From contig SKIZ01000124.1 of the NCBI GenBank assembly GCA_007116135.1, forward strand, positions 1 to 61,587: 61,587 nucleotides of DNA. The letters are read 5' to 3'. Position numbers and translations under genes: made by a program. This DNA comes from Burkholderiaceae bacterium (GTDB lineage: Bacteria; Pseudomonadota; Gammaproteobacteria; Burkholderiales; Burkholderiaceae_B). Positions 9,688-22,092 of this stretch are shown here, one piece after another (the first letter of the stretch is position 1; every line of letters starts with the position of its first letter). A model generated the notes under the pieces. That model was not told where the DNA came from. It saw only the letters and a program-made list of their open reading frames with translations, and did no database searches.

Positions 9688-9726
9688 TCGGGGTTTCCCT
9701 AGTAAGTTATTGACAAACGTCGCAAC

Positions 9727-10569
<843 letters not shown>

Positions 10570-10593
10570 TTATTTCTCCCAAGCTAGACGGCT

Positions 10594-11475
10594 TTACTGC
10601 GCCGTCGCGCTTGCATAGGACAGGCGTACGTAAATCGGCGCGTATGGTTCGGCCTGGGTGATTTCTAGCAACGACTCTCGGGCAAGTTCAAGTAACGCCA
10701 GAAAATGCACCACAACCACCGCCACTGGCGCACCCTCACGAATACGACTCATGAACAAATCGCCGAATTCAATAAACTTGATATCAGACAGATGTCGCAA
10801 GATGTGTGTCATGTGCTCGCGAACCGACAGTTGCTCACGGGTGATGTGATGGTGCGCGTTAAGCTTGGCACGGCGCAATATATCGGCCCATGCGTTTCTT
10901 AAATCCGAGAGATCCACGCTTGGCTGCATGCGTTGCACTTCGATGTCTGCACTGGCGTGGGCCGTGAAAAAATCACGCCCAACCCGAGGCAACTCGTCAA
11001 GCTTCTGTGAGGCGAGCTTGATCTGCTCGTACTCAAGCAGACGACGCACCAACTCAGCTCTTGGGTCTTCTGGCTCTTGGCCATCGGCTCGTGGCTTGAG
11101 CGGCAGCAGCATCCGTGCCTTGATCTCGATGAGCATGGCCGCCATCAGGAGATACTCGCCGGCGAGCTCCAGATTGGTGGCCCGAACCTGCTCGACATAA
11201 GACAGATACTGCGCCGTGACTTCAGCCATCGGGATATCGAGCACATTGAAATTTTGCTTGCGGATCAGGTAGAGCAACAAATCAAGCGGGCCCTCAAAGG
11301 TCTCTAAAAAAACCTCGAGTGCATCTGGCGGAATGTAAAGGTCTTGGGGTAAATCAAATAGCGGCTCGCCGTATAGACGGGCAATGGCCACCGCATCGAC
11401 CACATCGGGGGTCGAGTCAATGGGCGGCGCCACTAGCGCCTGAAATGACGGATCGGTCGGGCCGGTCTGCATCAT
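10594..11475 (-). CDS. scpA: Segregation and condensation protein A
   Basis: FEGPLDLLLYLIR, EYLLMAAMLIEIK, DPRAELVRRLLEYE, FLALLEL. Confidence 0.95.
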   Translation of the reverse strand: MMQTGPTDPSFQALVAPPIDSTPDVVDAVAIARLYGEPLFDLPQDLYIPPDALEVFLETFEGPLDLLLYLIRKQNFNVLDIPMAEVTAQYLSYVEQVRATNLELAGEYLLMAAMLIEIKARMLLPLKPRADGQEPEDPRAELVRRLLEYEQIKLASQKLDELPRVGRDFFTAHASADIEVQRMQPSVDLSDLRNAWADILRRAKLNAHHHITREQLSVREHMTHILRHLSDIKFIEFGDLFMSRIREGAPVAVVVVHFLALLELARESLLEITQAEPYAPIYVRLSYASATAQ

Positions 11476-11481
11476 GCGGAC

Positions 11482-11670
11482 TTAATCGTTTTGATAGACG
11501 TAGGGGCGCTGGGCGACCTTGGCCTGTTTGAAGCCATCTTGGAGCTCGGCATCTTGTTGGCGGTCCCAAAGACGTGAGCGTCCCTCACGCTGGCGCTGCT
11601 CAACGTCAGGGTGGGTTTTTTTGTAGTCCTTCAAAAACTGGGTGATTTCAGATTCGTAGTTCTTAGCCAT
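11482..11670 (-). CDS. DUF3460-family small protein
   Basis: YESEITQFL...QREGRSRLWD...V.QRPYVY; SD AAGGA; usual position upstream of scpA. Confidence 0.85.
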   Translation of the reverse strand: MAKNYESEITQFLKDYKKTHPDVEQRQREGRSRLWDRQQDAELQDGFKQAKVAQRPYVYQND

Positions 11671-11851
11671 GGCTTTAGATTCCTTTTAATCGCCTGACAT
11701 TTGGGTCTGACGCTCATATTCTACTGTAGCGGCCTACCTTTTTTGCGGCGCACCATGCCAATCTGATAGATTGCGTTATTTTTAGCGTTGGGATGGCACA
11801 CCGCCACGATAGTGGCGGTTTACACTAGCGCAACTATCACTCAGATCCATC

Positions 11852-12523
11852 ATGATCGAATTTCAACACGTCTTTAAATCCTATCGCCCTGGCGCCAACA
11901 TCCTGGAGGATGTCTCGTTTGAGGTCACGCCCGGGGAGTTCATCTTTATTGCCGGGCCGTCTGGTGCTGGCAAATCGACGTTACTAAAGCTAATCGCCGG
12001 GCTCGAGCCCTGTAGCCGAGGTGCCATTCGGGTCAATGGCCAGCGGCTTGAGAACCTGACGGCTCGCGCGCGGCCTTATCTGCGCCGTGCTGTAGGGGTC
12101 ATTTTGCAAGACACGCACTTGCTCTATGATCGCAGCGCACTTGAGAACGTCACGCTACCGCTGGCTGTAGCCGGTCAATCGGCGAGTCTGGCCCGATCGC
12201 GTGCGCGCGCCGCTTTGCAAAAGGTCGGACTAGCTGGCAAAGAACAAGACAACCCCATTTCACTATCGGGCGGTGAGCAGCAGCGCTTGGCAATTGCGCG
12301 TGCAATTGTCAATCGCCCGGCGCTATTGATCGCCGATGAGCCCACAGCCAATCTCGATCGCGATACCGCCAATAAAGTCATGTCGGTGTTTAAAGACTTC
12401 AACCAAGTCGGTGTCACAACCTTGGTAGCCACGCACGACGAAGACCTGATGGCTCAATACGCGCATCGGGTCTTTGTGGTTGAGCCCGGGCGGTTTCGTG
12501 ACTTTGCGGTACCGAAATCATGA
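11852..12523 (+). CDS. ftsE: Cell division ATP-binding protein FtsE
   Basis: GPSGAGKST, LSGGEQQR, ADEPTANLD; coupled to ftsX. Confidence 0.9.
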   Translation: MIEFQHVFKSYRPGANILEDVSFEVTPGEFIFIAGPSGAGKSTLLKLIAGLEPCSRGAIRVNGQRLENLTARARPYLRRAVGVILQDTHLLYDRSALENVTLPLAVAGQSASLARSRARAALQKVGLAGKEQDNPISLSGGEQQRLAIARAIVNRPALLIADEPTANLDRDTANKVMSVFKDFNQVGVTTLVATHDEDLMAQYAHRVFVVEPGRFRDFAVPKS

Positions 12524-13431
12524 GCCAGCAACTGATTCAAGAACATCGCTACGCTTTGGCTGTGACTTTGCGCCGACTGTTGCAGCAGCCGTTCTCGTTC
12601 ATGACCAATGTGGCCGTGATTGCGTTAGCGCTGGCCTTGCCGCTCATGGGTGGTGCCGTGTTGGTGTCCATTGCCCCAGTGAGCCAACAGATTTCACCAA
12701 ACCCGTCGTTGACGGTCTTCATGCAGCCCCAGGCCAGCTTGGCACAAGCGCAGGCCGTAGCGCAAAGCATCAGCGAGCGTGATGACCCGATTGTGCTTGA
12801 TGTCTCGCTCGTCACAAAAGAACAGGCGATGCAGGCGCTACAAGCCAACGATGCCTGGGCACAAGCGCTAGCGGCGCTGCCCGAGAACCCCCTGCCTGAC
12901 GCCATCAGCGTGACCATTGCCGCTGACGATGCCATGGCCACCAACGCCGAAATATTGGCCACCCAATGGCGCTTGCTTGACGGTGTGCAGTTTGTACAGC
13001 TCGACAGCGTCTGGGTCCAACGCCTAGAGGCGCTATTGCGAATGGGCAAGATCAGCCTGGCGCTGGTGACATTCATCATTGTGCTAGTCGTACTGGCTGC
13101 GGTCTTTAACACCGTGCGCATGCAAGCGCTATCTTTGCGTGATGAAATCGCAGTCGCACGTCTGGTGGGCGCCACCGAAGCCTTTGTCAGACGCCCGTTT
13201 CTCTATCAAGGGGGGCTGACTTGTGCGGCTGCAGCCCTAATTGCCATCGGACTTGCACACTTGGCTTTGATGCCGCTAAACGGTGCGCTGACTGACTTGA
13301 CGCAAACCTATGACAGCTTGTTTGCGTTGCGCTTGCCCACTGGCTCATCGTTGTTGCTCTATGTCCTGGCTGCCATCGCTTTAGGGGCGGGCTCGGCGCG
13401 CTGGTCAGTTACGCGCCATACGCGCTACTGA
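12520..13431 (+). CDS. ftsX: Cell division permease FtsX
   Basis: NPLPDA, DSVWVQRL, FNTVRMQ, EIAVARLVGATEAFVRRPFLY. Confidence 0.92.
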   Translation: MSQQLIQEHRYALAVTLRRLLQQPFSFMTNVAVIALALALPLMGGAVLVSIAPVSQQISPNPSLTVFMQPQASLAQAQAVAQSISERDDPIVLDVSLVTKEQAMQALQANDAWAQALAALPENPLPDAISVTIAADDAMATNAEILATQWRLLDGVQFVQLDSVWVQRLEALLRMGKISLALVTFIIVLVVLAAVFNTVRMQALSLRDEIAVARLVGATEAFVRRPFLYQGGLTCAAAALIAIGLAHLALMPLNGALTDLTQTYDSLFALRLPTGSSLLLYVLAAIALGAGSARWSVTRHTRY

Positions 13432-13435
13432 CGCC

Positions 13436-14485
13436 ATGAGCCGCGAGCGCTTGGCCACGCGTATCGTCTCTTGGCAACGTCAGCACGGGCGGCACCATTT
13501 GCCCTGGCAGCAAACCACTGACCCTTACCGGGTCTGGCTATCGGAAATCATGTTGCAACAAACGCAGGTTGCAACCGTAATCGATTACTACAACCGATTC
13601 CTGACTCGATTTCCCACCGCCCATGATTTGGCCCAAGCCGACATCGACGAGGTCTTCGCGCTCTGGTCGGGCTTGGGCTACTACGCTCGAGCGCGCCACC
13701 TGCATGCTTGCGCACGGATCGTCGCCAACGAGCATGGCGGTTGTTTCCCAGATAACGCGCAGCAACTGCAAACCCTGCCCGGTATCGGACCGTCCACAGC
13801 TGCGGCGATTGCCGCGTTTTGTTACGGCGAGCGCGCCGCTATTTTGGACGGCAATGTCAAGCGAGTGCTGTGTCGCCATTTTGGCATCGAGCAAGACATC
13901 TCGCGCGCCGACACCCTCAGGTCGTTGGCGCAATTAGCCCAGCAAGAGTTACCCAGCACCAAACTGATCGCAGCAGCCCCCGACGCCATGGCGCGCTACA
14001 CGCAAGGGTTGATGGATTTGGGTGCCACCGTTTGCCTGGCGCGCCAGCCACGATGCAACGCATGCCCGGTGGCACGCAGCTGCGTTGCCAAACGCAGTGG
14101 CCAGCCCCAGCGCTTGCCCGTCAAAGCCAAGCGCGAGCGGGCCAAGCCGCGCCGATCACTTGAACTACTGTGGCTCAACGCCCCAGGATATGTGCTGCTA
14201 CAAAAACGACCTGCCCAGGGCGTCTGGGGTGGCCTGTGGTGCCTGCCGACCGACACAACCTTGGCTGCGCGCTGGCGCTTGCCGCCAGCGCAGCGCATGG
14301 CTGATTTTGCACATGAACTGACTCACTTCACCATGGTAATTTGCGTCTGGCGCGTAGAGCTTAGCGAGGCACTCCAAGAACTACCCGTGCCAGACGACGA
14401 TTGTCGCTGGGTCGCCTACGCTGAACTACCCGATTACGGACTGCCTAAACCGGTTCGGCTGTTGTTGGGCTGCGGTGAGGCTTGA
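13436..14485 (+). CDS. mutY: A/G-specific adenine glycosylase
   Basis: VWLSEIMLQQTQV, WSGLGYYARA, LPGIGPSTA, DGNVKRV, Fe-S motif C-X6-C-X2-C-X5-C. Confidence 0.96.
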   Translation: MSRERLATRIVSWQRQHGRHHLPWQQTTDPYRVWLSEIMLQQTQVATVIDYYNRFLTRFPTAHDLAQADIDEVFALWSGLGYYARARHLHACARIVANEHGGCFPDNAQQLQTLPGIGPSTAAAIAAFCYGERAAILDGNVKRVLCRHFGIEQDISRADTLRSLAQLAQQELPSTKLIAAAPDAMARYTQGLMDLGATVCLARQPRCNACPVARSCVAKRSGQPQRLPVKAKRERAKPRRSLELLWLNAPGYVLLQKRPAQGVWGGLWCLPTDTTLAARWRLPPAQRMADFAHELTHFTMVICVWRVELSEALQELPVPDDDCRWVAYAELPDYGLPKPVRLLLGCGEA

Positions 14486-15603
14486 TCAGCACTGATGCTC
14501 ATCAAGATACCGATGGCAATAGCCAGGGTCAGAAGTGCAGTGCCGCCGTAACTGAAAAACGGCAATGGCACGCCCACGACCGGCAAAACGCCAATGACCA
14601 TACCAACATTGACAAAGACGTAGACGAATAAAACCAGCGTCAGGCTGCCGGCAGCCAGCCGAGAGAAGGTCGTGCGCGCACGCGCAGCGATCACCAAGCC
14701 GCGCGCGATCAAGAGGGCAAACAAAGCCAGCAGGCTTAACGCCCCGTACAAGCCAAACTCTTCGGCAAATACGGCAAAGACGAAATCGGTTGTGCGCTCA
14801 GGAATGAAATCCAATTGCGCTTGTGTGCCGCTCATGTAGCCGCGCCCATACAAGCCGCCTGAGCCCACCGCAATGGTTGACTGGATCGTATGAAAGCCCT
14901 TGCCTAGTGGGTCCTTGGTGGGATCCAGTAGGGTGCAAACACGGCTCTTTTGATATTCGTGCAATAGAACCCAATTGGTCTCGGGCGCGCACAACGTGTC
15001 TTCATAAACGAGCACCGAACCTAGCCCGATGACAGCCGCTAGCGCCACTGGAATCAAGAGCTTAAAAGACAGGCCGGCCAGATAGATCACGAAAAATCCA
15101 GCTGCACCAATGAGCAATGCGGTGCCCAAGTCGGGCTGCTGCACGATCAGCGCAAAGGGGATCAGCACAATCAAAAAAGCGAGGATGAAGTCAAACAGGT
15201 TGCGCTTGCCTTCGCGCCGATAAAAATACCAAGCCAAAAACAAGGGCAAAGCGATCTTCATAATCTCCGAGGGCTGCAGCCGAATAAACCCCAGGTTTAG
15301 CCACCGCGTCGCCCCCTTGCTGGTCTCACCAAAGAACAACACGGCAACCAACAGGCCAAGCGCCACGCCAAAGAGCACGGGCGCAATACGCAACAGCCAG
15401 TGCGTGGGCACCAAAGCGACAAGCCACATCACAGCCAATGCTGCGATAAAGTAGCGGCGCTGGTCGGCAAAGCGCCAATCGGTCGAGCCAACCGCTGAGT
15501 GCATGACCAACAAGCCCAGGCACGACAAGCTCAGAACAATTAAAAATAGCGGCCAATCAATGGCCCGAAAGAAGCGAACGACCCAATTAAAAAGACTGAT
15601 CAT
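14434..15603 (-). CDS. rodA: Rod shape-determining protein RodA
   Basis: SEDS motifs KGATRW, QPSEIMK, QPDLGT, GSGG, FIPERTTDF, VGVPLPFFSYGG. Confidence 0.96.
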   Translation of the reverse strand: MISLFNWVVRFFRAIDWPLFLIVLSLSCLGLLVMHSAVGSTDWRFADQRRYFIAALAVMWLVALVPTHWLLRIAPVLFGVALGLLVAVLFFGETSKGATRWLNLGFIRLQPSEIMKIALPLFLAWYFYRREGKRNLFDFILAFLIVLIPFALIVQQPDLGTALLIGAAGFFVIYLAGLSFKLLIPVALAAVIGLGSVLVYEDTLCAPETNWVLLHEYQKSRVCTLLDPTKDPLGKGFHTIQSTIAVGSGGLYGRGYMSGTQAQLDFIPERTTDFVFAVFAEEFGLYGALSLLALFALLIARGLVIAARARTTFSRLAAGSLTLVLFVYVFVNVGMVIGVLPVVGVPLPFFSYGGTALLTLAIAIGILMSISADQASPQPNNSRTGLGSP

Positions 15604-17486
15604 GGTTGCGCAGGCGGACTCTGGCGGCTGGCAAGCGCCTGATCATCGGGCAGCAACCAGGCATCAAAGATACGCCGTGCAATCGGTGCTGCGACCGCAC
15701 CGCCCCAACCAGCATTCTCAACTAAAACGGCTAGAGCAATGGTGGGGTTTTCTGCTGGGGCGTAGCCCATGAAGGCGGCGTGGTCACGCAAGCGTTCATC
15801 GACCTCGGACTCAACGTACTTCGCACCTTTGAGGTTAAAGAGTTGGATGGTGCCGGTTTTACCAGCCGCCTGATAGGGCGTGCCGGCAAACGCGCGCCGC
15901 GCAGTCCCTGTAACAGTGACGTCGACCAGCGCATCGGTGATCACTTTCAAGTGCTGCTCATTGAGATCGAGCTTACGGGTGATTTCGATGGGCAAGGGCT
16001 CTGGCACCAAGGCATCACTTGGCTTGACAGCCGTCACCAGGCGCGGTCGATAATAAGTCCCGCCGTTGGCAAGCACTGCCGTGGCCTGCGCAAGCTGCAT
16101 GATCGAGAAAGCGTTATAGCCCTGCCCAATCAAAACCGAGACCGTCTCGCCGGGATACCAGCGCTGCTGTTGCGGGTCACGAAACGCGCTACGTTTCCAT
16201 GAGGTCGAAGGCAAGATGCCGGTGCGCTCACCCACGATGTCAACACCCGTTTTTTGACCAAAACTAAAGTGCTTCATGAAATCGTGTAACGCATCGACCG
16301 TAATGCGCTCGGCCAATGAGTAGTAGTAAGTATCCGAGGAGACAACGAGCGACCGATGAGCATCGACGTGACCATAGGCAATGGAGCCGGCGTTTCGAAA
16401 CCGGGTACCGCCCATTTCGTAAAAGCCCGGATCAAAAATCCGCTGCTCAGGCGTGCGATGGCCTAGCGTGAGCGCGGCCAAAGCCACAAATGGCTTGTAA
16501 GTCGACCCAATCGGGTAAGTGCCATAGACCGGTCTGGTGACAAGCGGATGATCTTCGGACTCGTTTAACTGACGCCAGCTCTCATGATCAATGCCATCGA
16601 CAAAGAGATTGGGGTCAAATGAGGGCTGCGAAACAAAGGCCAGGATGTCACCGGTGTTAGGGTCGATGGCCACCAACGCACCGCGGCGACCCTCAAAGGC
16701 TTGTTCGGCGACTCGTTGCAATTCCAGATCAATCGAGAGCACCAGATCCTGACCCGGCACGGGGTCAACCCGATGTAGCGTGCGCACCGGCCGACCCCGA
16801 GCCGTTACTTCGATGGACTCAATGCCGGTGCGCCCGTGCAGGCTTGACTCCCACGACAGTTCAATGCCCTTTTTGCCGATGATATCGGTGCCCCGATAAT
16901 TGCCTAGATCGCCTCGCCTGTCCAGACTTTCCAGATCTCGCTCCGAGATACGGCCAACGTAGCCCACCACGTGGGCTGCCACCTCGTGCTGCGGGTATTG
17001 CCGCACCCATCGCGCCTTGAGCCCCACACCGGGGAAGCGAAACGCCTGTGCGGCAAAGTAGGCCGCCTCTACATCGGTGAGGTCGTTGCGCAGCAGCACC
17101 TCGGAAAAAGGGCCTGCCTCACGCAAACGGCGCTGAAATTGGCGCCTCTGACGGTCACTTAGATCGATGACTTGCTCAAGCTCATCGAGCATCTGATCGA
17201 TCGATCCAACCCGCCCAGGCACAACCTCAAGTGTGTAACTTAGAAAGTTACGGGCCAACACCTCGCCGTTTCGATCGACAATCTCGCCACGACGCGGCGG
17301 CACGGGTAGAACCATCGTGCGGTTACTGTCCGCTCTTTGCAACAGACCATCGTGCTGCTTGACCTGCAAGACGTATAAGCGCCATCCCAGTATGCCAAAG
17401 GCCACCAGGACAGCCAACGCGGCAATCCAGACTCGCAACATGAAACGACCACGTTCGCGCGTGGCCGCGCTTTTGAAATCAAACAT
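15600..17486 (-). CDS. mrdA: Penicillin-binding protein 2
   Basis: PPRRGEIVDRNG, SxxK (GSTYK), SSD, AGKTGT. Confidence 0.96.
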   Translation of the reverse strand: MFDFKSAATRERGRFMLRVWIAALAVLVAFGILGWRLYVLQVKQHDGLLQRADSNRTMVLPVPPRRGEIVDRNGEVLARNFLSYTLEVVPGRVGSIDQMLDELEQVIDLSDRQRRQFQRRLREAGPFSEVLLRNDLTDVEAAYFAAQAFRFPGVGLKARWVRQYPQHEVAAHVVGYVGRISERDLESLDRRGDLGNYRGTDIIGKKGIELSWESSLHGRTGIESIEVTARGRPVRTLHRVDPVPGQDLVLSIDLELQRVAEQAFEGRRGALVAIDPNTGDILAFVSQPSFDPNLFVDGIDHESWRQLNESEDHPLVTRPVYGTYPIGSTYKPFVALAALTLGHRTPEQRIFDPGFYEMGGTRFRNAGSIAYGHVDAHRSLVVSSDTYYYSLAERITVDALHDFMKHFSFGQKTGVDIVGERTGILPSTSWKRSAFRDPQQQRWYPGETVSVLIGQGYNAFSIMQLAQATAVLANGGTYYRPRLVTAVKPSDALVPEPLPIEITRKLDLNEQHLKVITDALVDVTVTGTARRAFAGTPYQAAGKTGTIQLFNLKGAKYVESEVDERLRDHAAFMGYAPAENPTIALAVLVENAGWGGAVAAPIARRIFDAWLLPDDQALASRQSPPAQP

Positions 17487-17501
17487 AACGCCTTTGATCT
17501 G

Positions 17502-18062
17502 TTAATCGCTGTGCGCGCTCATTGCTGCCAAACGATTGCCCGGCAACAATAGAATCCATCCAATCGGCAACCACAGCGCCGCGGTGATCAACACCCCGGC
17601 CAACCAAGACCAGCCAGGCCAAACACCCATTAAGGCGGCCGTCAGTGCCGTGGTCAGCAGCGTGGCAATCACAAAGACAGGCAACATGTGCATTGCCTGC
17701 CGAATCAGATTAAACCGCAAGAGCCGGCGGCGCAACACCACCGCACCATAACAAACGAGAACGTAGGTCAGCGCCGTCGCGCCTAATGGACCAACGTCAT
17801 GGACATCGATAAGCAGGCCAAGCGCAAACGCAGTCACTAAGCCAACCTTGTTGCTCTCATGCACAACCCAGAAAGCCAGCACCAGCATCAGCAAATCGGG
17901 CCCCCATGGCGACAGACGCCAAGGCAGTAGCGACAAAATAAACACCAAAAAAATCGAACCCCATACCAGCCAGTTATCCGAGCCAACATCTCGACTATCT
18001 GCACCCATGCCCTGGGTGCGCAATAAACCGCTGCTTTGCGAGTAGTCCTTAGCGCGTCTCAC
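17502..18062 (-). CDS. mreD: Rod shape-determining protein MreD
   Basis: PDLLMLVLAFW, AFALGLLIDV. GTG at 18062 is preceded by SD AGGAG; alternative ATG at 18008. Confidence 0.9.
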   Translation of the reverse strand: MRRAKDYSQSSGLLRTQGMGADSRDVGSDNWLVWGSIFLVFILSLLPWRLSPWGPDLLMLVLAFWVVHESNKVGLVTAFALGLLIDVHDVGPLGATALTYVLVCYGAVVLRRRLLRFNLIRQAMHMLPVFVIATLLTTALTAALMGVWPGWSWLAGVLITAALWLPIGWILLLPGNRLAAMSAHSD

Positions 18063-18939
18063 TGACTGGCTCCTGTGAATCGCTGGTTGCTTGACCCGCA
18101 GCCGATGGCACCTTGAGCACCAGAAAATGCCGATAGCGACCTGGAAAGGCAGTTGGCTGCGCCAAGGCGCGCGCAAAGCCTGAGGCCGCGTCACGCTCAA
18201 CGGTCTGGACCGTTGCCACTGACAAGCCCGCTGGAAAGCCCCCTCCCACCCCGCTAGTGACGAGCACGTCACCCTCACGGATATCGGCATCAGAAGAAAA
18301 ATACCGCACCTCAAGCTTGCCCGGCACCGTTGAACCAAAAGCAATCAGTCGCAAGCCATTGCGCAATAGCTGCACCGGTATAGCGAGCTGCTCATCGGTG
18401 AGCATGGCAGCCTCTGCTGTAAAAGGTGTGACCCGGATCACCTGGCCGACCACGCCACCTTCATCAATGACGGGCATGCCAGGCGCGATGCCATCGCGCG
18501 TGCCTTTGTTAAAAACCAAGCGACGCCGATAGGCGCTAGCCGGTTCATACAAAACTTCGACGACCACAGTCGGGTAGGCAGGACGCTGTTCAACGACCCC
18601 AAGCAACCGTCGTAGCTGGGCGTTCTCAGTCGTTAACTGAGCCGCATTGGTGATGACTTGCGCCAATTCGATGCGCTGGCGTCGCAGATCGTCGCTTTCT
18701 TGTTGCAGCATGCGTGCGGCATTGGTGTAGTCGTGCACCAGTGTGACAACATCGCGGGGAATCATCACCACGCGCTGAACGGGATACATCAGCATGCTTA
18801 GTGTTTGTCGAACGGGGTTCAACATGCGCGAGTGCGCGTCAACCACCAGCAAAACGACGCACAGCAACCCCAGAAGCACCAGCTTGACTTCGGCTGGCAC
18901 ACTTCGCCGGAACAACTCTAGGTCAAGGTCTCGAGCCAT
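18049..18939 (-). CDS. mreC: Rod shape-determining protein MreC
   Basis: ENAQLRRLL, NKGTRDGI..GMPVI...GVVGQV, GDVLVTSG.GG.FP.GL.V. Confidence 0.95.
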   Translation of the reverse strand: MARDLDLELFRRSVPAEVKLVLLGLLCVVLLVVDAHSRMLNPVRQTLSMLMYPVQRVVMIPRDVVTLVHDYTNAARMLQQESDDLRRQRIELAQVITNAAQLTTENAQLRRLLGVVEQRPAYPTVVVEVLYEPASAYRRRLVFNKGTRDGIAPGMPVIDEGGVVGQVIRVTPFTAEAAMLTDEQLAIPVQLLRNGLRLIAFGSTVPGKLEVRYFSSDADIREGDVLVTSGVGGGFPAGLSVATVQTVERDAASGFARALAQPTAFPGRYRHFLVLKVPSAAGQATSDSQEPVSETR

Positions 18940-18967
18940 GGGCTGCTGACTTTAGGGCATGCACGCA

Positions 18968-18997
18968 CTGATGGCCTGACCCGAGGCACGCCATCAG
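18968..18997 (-). other. Intercistronic stem-loop after the mreB stop
   Basis: 8-bp inverted repeat CTGATGGC...GCCATCAG with no U-tract. Confidence 0.4.
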
Positions 18998-19003
18998 ACT
19001 GAC

Positions 19004-20131
<1,128 letters not shown>

Positions 20132-20172
20132 TCACCACCTGGCGGTGCCACTGGCGGCACAACTAGCTACGA

Positions 20173-20187
20173 ATCATAACTTATAAT
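20173..20187. promoter_or_regulatory. Back-to-back candidate -10 elements for mreB and gatC
   Basis: TATAAT on + (20182-20187) and TATGAT on - (20178-20173) in the divergent intergenic region. Confidence 0.4.
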
Positions 20188-20250
20188 CTCTAGCTTCACG
20201 CATCAAAACGCCTGCACTGCTGACTCGGACAGGCACTGGAACTTCCCATC

Positions 20251-20559
20251 ATGGCATTAACCGATAGCGACGTTATTCGTATAGCTCGATTGGCCCGCCT
20301 GCACCTAAATCCAGACGAAGTCCCTGGACTGCAAGATCAACTTAATCAGGTCATGGGATTGATTGAGCAGCTTCAATCCATTGACACCACCGGTGTGGCA
20401 CCACTGGCACACCCCTTGTCAGCCATTGCCGACATTGGCCTGCGGTTGCGCGACGATGAGCCCTTGGCCACCAATAACGAACAAACACGTGATCACCTGA
20501 TGCAAAACGCACCGGCTCGCCAGGACGGCCTATTTCTGGTGCCCCGGGTGATCGAGTAA
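20251..20559 (+). CDS. gatC: Asp/Glu-tRNA amidotransferase subunit C
   Basis: RIARLARL, DTTGVAPLAHP, LRDD, NAP...GLFLVPRVIE. Confidence 0.95.
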   Translation: MALTDSDVIRIARLARLHLNPDEVPGLQDQLNQVMGLIEQLQSIDTTGVAPLAHPLSAIADIGLRLRDDEPLATNNEQTRDHLMQNAPARQDGLFLVPRVIE

Positions 20560-20562
20560 ACC

Positions 20563-22092
20563 ATGAGTCACTTTCTGAACCAATTTGCCACTATCGAATC
20601 GTTTCGCCAAGGGCTTGACCAAGGGCAGTTCACTAGCCGCGAGGTCACCGAAACGCTGCTCAAGGAAATCGAGGCGCAGTCGGTGCTTAACGCCTTCATT
20701 GACGTGCAGGCCGAACTAAGCTTGGCGCAGGCAGCGCTTGCCGACGAGCAAATCGGGCGCGGCCAAGCCGGTCTACTTGCTGGGGTGCCGCTGGCTCACA
20801 AAGATGTGTTTGTCACCGAAGGCTGGAAAACCACAGCAGCCAGCAAAATGCTGGCCAATTACGTCAGCCCATTCGATGCCACCGTTGTGCGCGCGTTAGC
20901 CGACGCTGGCACGGTTAGTCTCGGTAAATTGAATTGCGACGAATTTGCCATGGGCTCAGGCAATGAGCACGCAGCAGCCGGGCCAACCCTCAATCCCTGG
21001 GACCACTCGGTGGTGCCAGGCGGCTCCTCCGGCGGCTCAGCGGCTGCGGTGGCAGCCGGGCTCGTGCTCGGTGCAACGGGTACAGATACCGGGGGATCGG
21101 TGCGCCAGCCGGCCGCTTTGTGTGGTGTTTGCGGCATCAAGCCGACCTATGGCGTGGCCTCGCGCTTTGGCATGATCGCCTACGCATCAAGTCTGGATCA
21201 GGCCGGGGTGTTTGCCACCAACGCACAAGACCTCGCGTTGCTGCTCGATGCCATCAGCGGGTTTGATCCGCGCGATGCCACAAGCGTGCAGACTTGCCAC
21301 GGCGTTGCCAACGCCGCCGGGCGGATTTTGTCCGAGTACGAGCGCGCCTTAAAGCAAATGCCGCAACAAAAGCCGTTGGCTGGTTTGCGCATTGGCGTGC
21401 CCAAGGAATATTTTGGCGCGGGGCTAGACCCAAAGGTGGCGCAAGCCATCGAGGCCGCCCTGGCGCAGTTTGAGGCACTTGGCGCTAAGCGGGTCGATAT
21501 TTCGCTGCGCAATACGGACTCGGCCATTGCTGCTTACTACGTGATCGCACCAGCTGAAGCATCGAGTAACCTCGCGCGCTACGACGCGGTGCGCTACGGC
21601 CATCGCAGTGAGCAATACAACGACCTTGAACAAATGACGGCACGCTCGCGTGCTGAGGGCTTTGGGGCCGAGGTGCGCAAGCGCATCATGATTGGCACCT
21701 ATGTTTTATCGCACGGCTATTACGATGCTTACTACCTACAGGCCCAGCGCGTTCGCCGTCTGATTGCTCAGGAATTTCAACAGGCCTTCAGCAGCGAGTG
21801 CGACGTCATCATGGGCCCGGTCAACCCAACAGTTGCGCCACCGCTGGGTGTCAGCACAAAAGACGCCACGGCCGAATGGTTAGGTGACATCTACACGCTC
21901 GGTGTCAACCTAGCCGGCTTGCCAGCGATGTCCGTGCCGTGCGGCTTTGCGCCAGGGCACCAGTCCGAGGCATTGCCTGTGGGCTTACAGATCATCGGCA
22001 ACTACTTCGATGAAGGTCGCATGCTTGCCATTGCATCCAGTTACCAGCAAGTCACGAACTGGCACCGCTGCCGTGCGGGGGGTGGCGCATGA
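20563..22092 (+). CDS. gatA: Asp/Glu-tRNA amidotransferase subunit A
   Basis: Amidase signature [41 protein letters not shown]. Confidence 0.97.
   Translation: MSHFLNQFATIESFRQGLDQGQFTSREVTETLLKEIEAQSVLNAFIDVQAELSLAQAALADEQIGRGQAGLLAGVPLAHKDVFVTEGWKTTAASKMLANYVSPFDATVVRALADAGTVSLGKLNCDEFAMGSGNEHAAAGPTLNPWDHSVVPGGSSGGSAAAVAAGLVLGATGTDTGGSVRQPAALCGVCGIKPTYGVASRFGMIAYASSLDQAGVFATNAQDLALLLDAISGFDPRDATSVQTCHGVANAAGRILSEYERALKQMPQQKPLAGLRIGVPKEYFGAGLDPKVAQAIEAALAQFEALGAKRVDISLRNTDSAIAAYYVIAPAEASSNLARYDAVRYGHRSEQYNDLEQMTARSRAEGFGAEVRKRIMIGTYVLSHGYYDAYYLQAQRVRRLIAQEFQQAFSSECDVIMGPVNPTVAPPLGVSTKDATAEWLGDIYTLGVNLAGLPAMSVPCGFAPGHQSEALPVGLQIIGNYFDEGRMLAIASSYQQVTNWHRCRAGGGA

Noticed and set aside
18063-18344. 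N-terminal extension of the mreD ORF
   Set aside because: Overlaps mreC; the GTG at 18062 has a good SD.
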